Below are positions 36,817-44,342 of a stretch of DNA of 62,375 nucleotides, piece after piece. Position 1 is the first letter of the stretch. Each line of letters starts with the position of its first letter. Source of the stretch: a virus; the IMG/VR virus record IMGVR_UViG_3300042695_000799. One strand, given 5' to 3'. The notes under the pieces were generated by a model. The model ran no database searches. It was not told the origin of the DNA and worked only from the letters and a program-made list of their open reading frames with translations. The position numbers and the translations under genes are program-made.

Positions 36817-37206
36817 GTGTCAAAACGTGTTACCAAGCATCGGTTCCGGCGAGCAATTATCAACGCCTGGGAGGAGTGCTGCGCCTACTGTGGATGCAAG
36901 CCAAGCAGCATAACACTAGATCACGTAACCCCCAAGGTAGGGGGTGGAACTACTCAATGGTCTAATTTGGTCCCAGCTTGCGCTTCGTGCAATGGATCTA
37001 AAGGGCATTCTGATGTATGGGACTGGTATCGGTTGCAGTTATTTTACTGTGCAGCTAGGGAGCAAAAGATCAAGGATTGGCTGACCAATGAAAAACCCCC
37101 GCCGGTTGGCGAGGGTTACGGGGTTAACGAAAGGGGCGATCAGGCGGCGGGAGGCTCGGTGCTTTCCGAGGGGTTGGCTGCCCCGCCAGTCGTGTCGTCT
37201 TCGTAG
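36817..37206 (+). CDS. HNH endonuclease
   Basis: CAYCG...LDHVTPKVGGGTTQWSNLVPACASCNGSKG. Confidence 0.8.
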   Translation: MSKRVTKHRFRRAIINAWEECCAYCGCKPSSITLDHVTPKVGGGTTQWSNLVPACASCNGSKGHSDVWDWYRLQLFYCAAREQKIKDWLTNEKPPPVGEGYGVNERGDQAAGGSVLSEGLAAPPVVSSS

Positions 37207-37589
37207 ACTGGAGCCAGCATGATGCGGCCACCTTCCAAGAGTTCAATGGTAAACTCGTAGCCAGCTTCCGCCCCCTGGAGGGCGGTGTAGCCAGCGCTGA
37301 CAATCAGGTTGCCATTGGCCTGCACCTTAGCTTTGTAGCTGAGCTGGCGGCCGGGGCGGGACGCTACGGCGGGGGCAAGAACCAGGCCCCTGGCCTCCAG
37401 CAGCGCTTCGTAGAATGCAGTGTATTCAATGCGCTCGGTGCCGTCTTTTTTGGTCACAGAGTAGCCGGTTTCGCGGGCTATTTGGTCCTTAGGAGTGGCA
37501 TCGCCAAGCTCTTCGACTTTGGCGAGCAGTTCTTTGCCGGTGAGTTGGGCCACGTTGGAGCGGTAAGGTTTGTTGAACCCCTGAATCAT
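37140..37589 (-). CDS. cyAbrB-type transcriptional regulator (C-terminal AbrB/SpoVT domain)
   Basis: LTGKELLAKVEELGD...ETGY...FYEALLEARG...LSYKAKVQANGNLIVSAGYTAL...GYEFTIEL matches cyanobacterial cyAbrB architecture. Confidence 0.7.
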   Translation of the reverse strand: MIQGFNKPYRSNVAQLTGKELLAKVEELGDATPKDQIARETGYSVTKKDGTERIEYTAFYEALLEARGLVLAPAVASRPGRQLSYKAKVQANGNLIVSAGYTALQGAEAGYEFTIELLEGGRIMLAPVYEDDTTGGAANPSESTEPPAA

Positions 37590-38557
37590 ACCATATCAAA
37601 CAGCGATACCTGCTTTCCGCCTTGCCCATTTTGCGCGGTTATCGACGCTGCGGTTGCCGCGACAGGAAGACCGGCCATCAGGCGGCGCAGGCGGTTGCGA
37701 GCACGTAGCTCGATGCCTTGCAGTGTGGCGCGGCTAAGGCCGGTGCGCTCCTCAATCTCAGACCACGGCTGAGTCGTATCCCCGTGACGGCTCAGCAGCA
37801 CTTCTCGGGCTTGCGAGTCAACCTGTTCGGCCAGAAAACCGTCTACCCGCTCAATGGCGTGCTGGTCGCTTAGCCAGTCCAAGTGCTCGTCGGCGGTCAT
37901 GGCGGCGGGATCGGCGATCAGATCACCCAAGCAGCCGCCGCCTTCCCCTCCCGGCAGTTGCTCGTCTAGGCTGCCAACATAGCGAGAGCGCTGAACCACT
38001 TCAGCAAGAGCTTTTAGGTCAAAGTTAAGATGTTTTGCAATTTCAGCAGACGATGGCTTGCGACCTAAGGCTTGAGATAAAGATTGCTGGGCATTGCTAA
38101 CCTTGATTAGCTTGTTATGAATTGGCACCGGCAAGCGTATTATGGGATCATCCCACTTTACCGAATTTTGTATTTCCTGCCTAATCCAAAAAAAGGAATA
38201 AGTTGAAAACTTATAGCCTCTTGTGGGATCAAACTTATCCACTGCGCGAGAAAGGCCAATGTTGCCCTCCTGTATCAGATCAAGTAACTGTAGCGTGCGA
38301 CGGTCGGCCTGGAATTTTTTAGCTATTTTTACCACAAGGCGCAGGTTTGATTGTATGAATTTTTGCTTAGCTCTAACACCAAGCCTAATTAAGCGGCGCT
38401 GCTCTGCTGTTATTTTTTCACCCTCGGATTCACGCTTAACAAGTCCTAGCATGATAGATATTTCACGGCTTAGCTCAATCTCCTGCTTAGATGTTAACAG
38501 TGGGTAGCGGCCAATCTGCTTTAGGTAATCGCGCAAGGCTGGATCGGATTGCCTCAT
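37586..38557 (-). CDS. sigma-70 family sigma factor (group-2-like), paralogue 1
   Basis: DLIQEGNIGLSRAVDKFDPTRGYKFSTYSFFWIRQEI (region 2); C-terminal HTH LSRATLQGIELRARNRLRRL (region 4.2). Confidence 0.9.
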   Translation of the reverse strand: MRQSDPALRDYLKQIGRYPLLTSKQEIELSREISIMLGLVKRESEGEKITAEQRRLIRLGVRAKQKFIQSNLRLVVKIAKKFQADRRTLQLLDLIQEGNIGLSRAVDKFDPTRGYKFSTYSFFWIRQEIQNSVKWDDPIIRLPVPIHNKLIKVSNAQQSLSQALGRKPSSAEIAKHLNFDLKALAEVVQRSRYVGSLDEQLPGGEGGGCLGDLIADPAAMTADEHLDWLSDQHAIERVDGFLAEQVDSQAREVLLSRHGDTTQPWSEIEERTGLSRATLQGIELRARNRLRRLMAGLPVAATAASITAQNGQGGKQVSLFDMV

Positions 38558-39414
38558 TGCACTTGCTCCTGTAACAGAAGTCTGATACGGTTTTGAATTT
38601 TGGTCAGCCTTTGGTTCATTCTTTGCCTTGAAACACTGTGTAACTGCCCCAGCTCAACAAGGCTGTGCGCGTGGTAGCCGTCAAAGCCAAAACGCCTGAC
38701 GATTAAATCACGATCACCCTCGGAAAGGGTTAAAATTAAATTAGCTAAAGAAGAGTAATCAGCCAACGGGATTTCGTTGTCTTCATTGGGATTAGGTAAA
38801 TTGTCAATCATCTCACTCCCGCTTTCGGACTGCACGTTTAGCGACGATACCGGAGCCATTGCCGCCGCAATAGAAGTGAAGCTCTTTTCGCTTAAACCGG
38901 AAGCCCGCATCAGCTCAGCGCTAGTTGGGGTGCGACTTAATGCTATTGTTAGTCTTTTGTTTTCTTTTTGAACCCTTGCCCAGTCTAAGTGGCAATGCTC
39001 AGGCAACCTTATTAGTTGGTCGCTGTCGTGGATGCCTCTCCTGATTCCCTGCACAATCCAGGGTCTTGAGTAAGTTGAAAACTTATAGCCTCTTGTAGGG
39101 TCAAACTTTTCGGCGGCACGCTTCAGGCCAGCAGCCCCATACTGAATCAAGTCTTCAATACTGTTCAACTTACATGAACCAGCGTAGAGCTTGGCCACGG
39201 AAACGACAAGCCGCAGGTTACATAGTACCATGCGGTCAAGCGAGCGCTGTCCTTTTGTAATTACTTTTAACTGTTTACGAGTAGGTCTGCGGCTGCCAAC
39301 TTCTTCAGAAGTTTTAATGCCAGCCTGAATAAACCTGCCTAAGTCAATCTCTTCAGCGGCGGTCAACAACTGCCATTTCCCGATCTTGCCTAAGTATTGA
39401 CCAAGTGTATCCAT
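38554..39414 (-). CDS. sigma-70 family sigma factor, paralogue 2 (more diverged)
   Basis: DLIQYGAAGLKRAAEKFDPTRGYKFSTYSRPWIVQGI; C-terminal VSRQRMNQRLTKIQNRIR. Confidence 0.85.
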   Translation of the reverse strand: MDTLGQYLGKIGKWQLLTAAEEIDLGRFIQAGIKTSEEVGSRRPTRKQLKVITKGQRSLDRMVLCNLRLVVSVAKLYAGSCKLNSIEDLIQYGAAGLKRAAEKFDPTRGYKFSTYSRPWIVQGIRRGIHDSDQLIRLPEHCHLDWARVQKENKRLTIALSRTPTSAELMRASGLSEKSFTSIAAAMAPVSSLNVQSESGSEMIDNLPNPNEDNEIPLADYSSLANLILTLSEGDRDLIVRRFGFDGYHAHSLVELGQLHSVSRQRMNQRLTKIQNRIRLLLQEQVQ

Positions 39415-39416
39415 AA

Positions 39417-40073
39417 TCAGACCCTAGCCAGTGTTACACCGGCTTCTTGTCCTTGGTATTTTCCGTCACCGTAAGGGGTCTCGCAGGCAACTCCTTCGTA
39501 GAAGAGTGCCTGGCAGATCCCTTCGTTGGCGTAGATGCGGCAGTCGGCGCCTGATGAATTGCTCATCTCCAGGGTTAGGTGCCCTTCCCAGCCAGCTTCG
39601 CCGGGGGTAAGGTTGACAATAACGCCGCAGCGGGCGTAGGTGGACTTGCCGATGAACTGGGCGGTGATGTTGGCAGGAAGCTTGAGGCGCTCTATGACCA
39701 CGCCGAGGGCGTAGGTGTGGCCGGGGAGGATGAAATACGAACCCTGCCTGTCGTGGCTTAACTTTGCTTGGACTAAGCAGCGTTCGTCAAAGTTCTTGGG
39801 GTCAACAATTAAGCCAGGAACGTGTTGGAAGATTCGGAAATCGTGAGGCGAGAGAGTGAGGTCGTAGCCGTAAGAGGAGCAACCGTGGCTGATTACTTGG
39901 CGCCCTTGAACTTCTCGGATCTTCCCTGGCTCAAACGGGGAGATCATGTCCTCGGCGGCGAGCTGGCGGATGCGCCAGTCTGGGATGGAGCTGGCGGGTG
40001 GCGACCATCGTATTCTGACACTGCCTTGGGGTAGGGGGACGTAGACTTCAGGTTGATCGTTTGATGGGGTCAT
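39417..40073 (-). CDS. dcd: dCTP deaminase (dUTPase-superfamily, short form)
   Basis: ISHGCSSYGYDLTLS, PGEAGWEGHLTLEMSN; start M24 of the ORF chosen for the ATGA junction at 40070-40073. Confidence 0.8.
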   Translation of the reverse strand: MTPSNDQPEVYVPLPQGSVRIRWSPPASSIPDWRIRQLAAEDMISPFEPGKIREVQGRQVISHGCSSYGYDLTLSPHDFRIFQHVPGLIVDPKNFDERCLVQAKLSHDRQGSYFILPGHTYALGVVIERLKLPANITAQFIGKSTYARCGVIVNLTPGEAGWEGHLTLEMSNSSGADCRIYANEGICQALFYEGVACETPYGDGKYQGQEAGVTLARV

Positions 40074-40351
40074 GGGTTTCGTGAAGGTGGATTTGTAATG
40101 CGATTGGATGGCTTGCGGCCTGGCTCGGCAACAACTTCCCACCCATGGGAGCGAACGCCTGGCGGGTGGTTCTTGCGTGATCGCCCATGCCAGCGGATCC
40201 GCCCAGATTTGCGCATGGCTTGCATCCGTGCGTCAACGGTCCGCCACTTGCCGCCAGCCAGATCAATCAGTGCTTGGTTGTTGGTTGCATGGCCGGAGGA
40301 GGACCGCACAAAAGCGCAGATGGCGTCGTCAAGGATGCTGTGGTCAACCAT
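40070..40351 (-). CDS. hypothetical protein (possible winged-helix)
   Basis: ORF track, internal start MVDHSILDD; ATGA junction downstream. Confidence 0.45.
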   Translation of the reverse strand: MVDHSILDDAICAFVRSSSGHATNNQALIDLAGGKWRTVDARMQAMRKSGRIRWHGRSRKNHPPGVRSHGWEVVAEPGRKPSNRITNPPSRNP

Positions 40352-40586
40352 GAAGCACCTCCCGCACGGTTGGCCCGGCCCCCGGCGTGTGGCACCCCAC
40401 CCCGTCAAGAAAGTCGGCGGTGGTGCTACTGCCGTGAAGCTCCCTGAGAATGGCGGCCAGTTCGTGGGCGACGGCGGCGGAGCTTACTCGGCAGGCATTG
40501 CACGGGGCTTGGCGGGGCTTCGCTCCAGGCAAGACGGCAACGCACACTGCCAGGGCTAGGCGGTCGGCGAGGGTGAGGTTAGTCAT
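40344..40586 (-). CDS. hypothetical protein
   Basis: ORF track; overlapping junctions. Confidence 0.45.
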   Translation of the reverse strand: MTNLTLADRLALAVCVAVLPGAKPRQAPCNACRVSSAAVAHELAAILRELHGSSTTADFLDGVGCHTPGAGPTVREVLHG

Positions 40587-40774
40587 TCTGCTTCAGTTTC
40601 GGTGGTGTAGGTAAAAACAGTGTAGCGAGTAATTGTGTAATCCATGTGACACTCCCCGCAAGTTACTTCGGCTGTATCGCATAGCTCAAAATCGTGGCTA
40701 ATATCCCGGGGCTCTGTATTGACCCACCCGCAAATGGGGCGGACAGGGTTGAGATTGTCGTGGCAAGTGATCAC
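40583..40774 (-). CDS. hypothetical small Cys-rich protein
   Basis: ICGW...CDTAEVTCGEC; ATGA junctions. Confidence 0.45.
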   Translation of the reverse strand: MITCHDNLNPVRPICGWVNTEPRDISHDFELCDTAEVTCGECHMDYTITRYTVFTYTTETEAE

Positions 40775-41913
40775 GCCTCCACCTCCCCGGCCTGGGGTAT
40801 CGGGATGGCGCGGAATGGGCGCCAGTGGGTGTCCCCTTCCATTGCTTCCGAGTCAAGGGTCCAGCACGAGCGGATCTTGCGGGGCCAAAACGCGGAAGGT
40901 GAAAACCACCAACACCTCCCCTCCGCATCGCAATCCCCTCCCTCTGACTCGGGGCGCCGGTCCGGCAGCCGCTCACTCACCGCCACCGGCACCACCGCCG
41001 GGGCAGGCGCGGAGAGCTGCTGGAGCCAGGTGGCGGCGCGGTCAAGCTCTACAGCCGCGTCTAGCCAATCCCCGTGGTCCGAGCCCTTGTCCATGGCATA
41101 GCGCTCAAGCCTCCGCAATTCAGCCACCAACAACCCCACTTCCTCCCCCGGTTCCGGCGCTGGCGGGGCGGCACTGCTCTTCAATCGCTCCAACAAGGCG
41201 TGATGATTGCCGCTGTTGGGGCGATAGTCGGAATTGCCAACGCAAAAGTCAAGTGCTTCGATCAGGCGCTGAGTATCAGATGCTGTGAGGCAGGGGCTTG
41301 TAACTTCACCTGAAGCTCTTTCCGCTTCCACCACGGGAAGTACCAGTGCTTTGGCTGCAATTACAAGGTCGAACCGTGGCCCCCGGCCCTCTCCTTGAGC
41401 GACGTACTGAATGCGCGCCAACTCTCGGATGAACTCAGCCCATGTTGACTCCGGCGCTGGCGGGGTGGCGGGACGGGCAGCCAGCACCGCCCGGAGACCC
41501 CGAAGGTAGATCTCATCGACCGTTCCGCCCTCGGTATGGCAGGCCTGGTAGAAGGTCTGCAACAACTTGAGATCGCCCCCTTGGTGCTCGGGGTCGATGT
41601 AGTTGGCGGGCAAAGATGACGAGGCGGGTGGGCGGCCCCAGTGGGCGAGGGCGGCAGCAACCAGAGCTTTGTCGCTGGAGTTTGGCAGGTAGCCCCTGCC
41701 GAAATCCTCCCACCACTGGTGAATGAAGGCTTCAATCTCCTGTTCACCCACCTCCCCCACCTCCAACTGGGTCAGGGCGGCGGGCGGCTGCCACAGGCTG
41801 TCGGGGTGTCTCAGGATCGCCTGGGCAAGATCAGCGGCTTCTAGTTGATACAAGCCGCTAACCTTTTGGATGATCGCGGCCAGCTGGTCAATGTGTTTGA
41901 GGTTGGTAATCAT
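40771..41913 (-). CDS. multidomain hypothetical protein with a C-terminal DUF551-like module
   Basis: PPAP-type linkers; C-terminus SERLP...GRCWWF...THWRPFRAIPIP. Confidence 0.55.
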   Translation of the reverse strand: MITNLKHIDQLAAIIQKVSGLYQLEAADLAQAILRHPDSLWQPPAALTQLEVGEVGEQEIEAFIHQWWEDFGRGYLPNSSDKALVAAALAHWGRPPASSSLPANYIDPEHQGGDLKLLQTFYQACHTEGGTVDEIYLRGLRAVLAARPATPPAPESTWAEFIRELARIQYVAQGEGRGPRFDLVIAAKALVLPVVEAERASGEVTSPCLTASDTQRLIEALDFCVGNSDYRPNSGNHHALLERLKSSAAPPAPEPGEEVGLLVAELRRLERYAMDKGSDHGDWLDAAVELDRAATWLQQLSAPAPAVVPVAVSERLPDRRPESEGGDCDAEGRCWWFSPSAFWPRKIRSCWTLDSEAMEGDTHWRPFRAIPIPQAGEVEA

Positions 41914-42047
41914 CGTTTGTCAGCATTACTAGCGATTGAACCAATGAAGAACGCAAAAGAGACGATGGCCGATACCGGGGACCATGCAATAATCGAAGCA
42001 GAAAAAAGAATCGCGCCGCAAAGCGTATAAAGTTGTTTATCAGTCAT
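41910..42047 (-). CDS. 45-aa hydrophobic micro-protein
   Basis: Manual translation MTDKQLYTLCGAILFSASIIAWSPVSAIVSFAFFIGSIASNADKR; ATGA overlaps at both ends. Confidence 0.5.
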   Translation of the reverse strand: MTDKQLYTLCGAILFSASIIAWSPVSAIVSFAFFIGSIASNADKR

Positions 42048-42220
42048 CCAGCCACCTCCGGCGCTGGCGGGGTGAGCTGGGCGGGCTGGGTGGCGTTATG
42101 CCGCGCCTCCAGTGCATCCACTCGCGCCAGTAGGTGCAGTAACACCAAGGCCTCAGTAACACCAGCTGCTGCAGCCTGCTTAAGCCAAGCTGTGATTTCA
42201 GGAGTTAATGGCTTGCTCAT
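42044..42220 (-). CDS. hypothetical protein (start MSKPLTPEIT)
   Basis: Internal ATG gives an ATGA junction with the upstream stop at 42217. Confidence 0.45.
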   Translation of the reverse strand: MSKPLTPEITAWLKQAAAAGVTEALVLLHLLARVDALEARHNATQPAQLTPPAPEVAG

Positions 42221-42399
42221 TCTATTCCTCTGATTGGCATTGATTTGCATTGTTGATTTAAGGGCGCAACATCACGCGCATGGACCTTGGCTTGCACTTT
42301 GTCCCTGTGAATTAAAACCTGCGCTAGCACAAGTGCTCCGATAAGGCAAGCTATTGAAAGAATTGCAGCGGGGGTTCGGGTGTTTGAATTGGCCATCAA
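42217..42399 (-). CDS. small membrane protein
   Basis: AAILSIACLIGALVLAQVLI hydrophobic span; ATGA junction with ssb. Confidence 0.45.
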   Translation of the reverse strand: MMANSNTRTPAAILSIACLIGALVLAQVLIHRDKVQAKVHARDVAPLNQQCKSMPIRGIE

Positions 42400-42755
42400 A
42401 AAGGCACCTCTTCATCAGAAGGCGAACCACCATTGAAATCATTTCCATCACTTTTGCTGCCCAGCAATTCAAGCCGGTCAACCCTGACTACCATTTTTCG
42501 GCGTTCTTCACCGCTAGTCTTGTCGGTCCATTTTTCAGTTTTAATTGATCCGATTACAGCAATCTGTTTGCCTTTCCGAACATAGTCGCCTGCAACCTGA
42601 GCTTGCTTACCCCAAATTTCAAGATTAAACCATTCAGGCTCAGAATCGCGGCCAGTGCTGACGGCAAGGGTTAGATTGGCAACCATTGTGCCGCTTTCAA
42701 AGTAGCGAACTTCAGGGTCGCGGCCGGCTCGGCCGATCAAGGTAATGATGTTCAT
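42396..42755 (-). CDS. ssb: single-stranded DNA-binding protein
   Basis: MNIITLIGRAGRDPEVRYF...NLTLAV...WFNLEIWGKQA and acidic tip DEEVPF. Confidence 0.9.
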   Translation of the reverse strand: MNIITLIGRAGRDPEVRYFESGTMVANLTLAVSTGRDSEPEWFNLEIWGKQAQVAGDYVRKGKQIAVIGSIKTEKWTDKTSGEERRKMVVRVDRLELLGSKSDGNDFNGGSPSDEEVPF

Positions 42756-43396
42756 TGGGGATTTTCGGGGTTGGGTTGCGGGTGGCTTAAAACTGTTTGC
42801 GCAGGGGCAAGCGCAGCCCAGTCTTCGAGGCGCAAAGATTGAATCATTGCCGCTCCCTTGCGGATGGCATCGCCAAAAGCTCGGGCATCGTCTTCAGCCT
42901 CCATTCCATCGGATGGGTTTTGGTCCGAGAGGACAACTTGATGACCACAAGCCTTGAGGAGTTCATTGAACGCTGCAAAGCCTTGACCATCCGAAGGCGT
43001 GTAGACGCTGCCTCCGGGTTCAACCATAAAATCGCCTCCAATGGGTTGCTCGTCCACTGTATCGTCCCGCCTTCCACGGCTTGGAGATACAAGCTCCCCA
43101 ATTGAAGCGCCCAGGCATGGCGTGTCACGGATGTCCTTAATAGTGAGCAAGGCTTCGGTGATTCGTGTTTGCCACTGGACAACATCAATGAGGCCGATGA
43201 CTCGCCCCTCCGCAAGAGCGAGGGCATGGAGTTCGGATCGCAGGCTGACCGCAATCTCCTGCGCCTCCTTAAGATGTCCAATCGCTGCAGAAAGGTGGTC
43301 ATTGACCCTTGATAAATGCGTAGATGAAATCGGCATGGCCTTGGTGGGTGAGTTGAGTGGACATTTGAGTTTGATTGTCAAAGCCAAACTCTGCAA
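42752..43396 (-). CDS. hypothetical protein (start uncertain, alternative 43336)
   Basis: ORF track; 5' end overlaps the recT 3' end. Confidence 0.45.
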   Translation of the reverse strand: MQSLALTIKLKCPLNSPTKAMPISSTHLSRVNDHLSAAIGHLKEAQEIAVSLRSELHALALAEGRVIGLIDVVQWQTRITEALLTIKDIRDTPCLGASIGELVSPSRGRRDDTVDEQPIGGDFMVEPGGSVYTPSDGQGFAAFNELLKACGHQVVLSDQNPSDGMEAEDDARAFGDAIRKGAAMIQSLRLEDWAALAPAQTVLSHPQPNPENPQ

Positions 43397-44342
43397 TTAA
43401 AGCAGCCGTTAGCTCGTCAACTTTTTCTTTTGAAAGGCCGTTGACGGTGCGGATTAACTGCTGTTTGTCGCGGAGTTTTAGGAGTGCAGGAGCAGCAAGA
43501 GGATCGGCAGCGACAGGAGTAGCAGTAGAAACGGATTTAGGAATACTGGGGTCATGGTCGGGATTCGGTTGGATCGCTTCAGGTACTCCATCGCCAACTG
43601 AGTCGAGGGCGGAAGTGGGGCCGTCCGTTGGGACATCCGAATCCACTCCTCTCGTAACTCCATTATCTCTTTTTCCCTCTCGAATACTTCTTGCTTCGTC
43701 AGAAACTTTCCTGGTGGGATCGGCGGCGGGTTCTGTTGTGTCATCTAAAGTCTCGGGTAATTGTGGTTCGGAAACTGAAACTTGAACAGGTTCAACGTCA
43801 ATCGCTTCTTCTTTGGTAATGATGCCAAGGCTAATTTCAGGGCAATAAACCCTAGCCCAAAACGCGCCAGCTCGATAGCGGAGCATTTGACCTGGAAACG
43901 TCTGCCATTTGCTTCCTTGACGACTAAACCAGCCTTCGGCCTCGGCCATGGCGATAGTGATTTTTTCTCCGCGCAACACTTCGCCCGTCGCAAGATCGTT
44001 GGCCTCAGCGTAGCAACTGCTTGGATTTTCGTCATCATCAAAGATAAAGCGCAGCGGAGAGAATCGCCCACAAGCATTAACGGTGCCAATCAAGAACGAA
44101 CTAGACCATGACGGCCTTCCGTTGATTGGCGTCATGTTCTGCATCACCGTGAGCGGTGAAATACCCATGCGACCGGCAAGTTCAAGCGCAATCAGGCTGT
44201 TGGATAAACCTTGTTGCCCTTGGTAAATCTTTGGAACTAATGCGCTTGACGCAAGCGCTTTAGCCATGCGCTGTGCGTTATCGAAGGCGGTGAAATTTGA
44301 AAAAACGTGGCTATCGGAAACAGCCAATGCAGAGTCAGTCAT
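43299..44342 (-). CDS. recT: RecT-family single-strand annealing protein
   Basis: AQRMAKALASSALVPKIYQG...LELAGRMGISPLTVMQNMTPINGRPSWSS pattern; adjacent to the exonuclease. Confidence 0.7.
   Translation of the reverse strand: MTDSALAVSDSHVFSNFTAFDNAQRMAKALASSALVPKIYQGQQGLSNSLIALELAGRMGISPLTVMQNMTPINGRPSWSSSFLIGTVNACGRFSPLRFIFDDDENPSSCYAEANDLATGEVLRGEKITIAMAEAEGWFSRQGSKWQTFPGQMLRYRAGAFWARVYCPEISLGIITKEEAIDVEPVQVSVSEPQLPETLDDTTEPAADPTRKVSDEARSIREGKRDNGVTRGVDSDVPTDGPTSALDSVGDGVPEAIQPNPDHDPSIPKSVSTATPVAADPLAAPALLKLRDKQQLIRTVNGLSKEKVDELTAALIAEFGFDNQTQMSTQLTHQGHADFIYAFIKGQ

Noticed and set aside
40098-41288. Plus-strand ORFs of 153-189 aa (40098..40559, 40694..41101, 40719..41288) rich in Arg/Pro/Gly
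   Set aside because: They are antisense shadows in a GC-rich stretch of the minus-strand operon. Their composition is not protein-like, and they break the ATGA-coupled gene chain.
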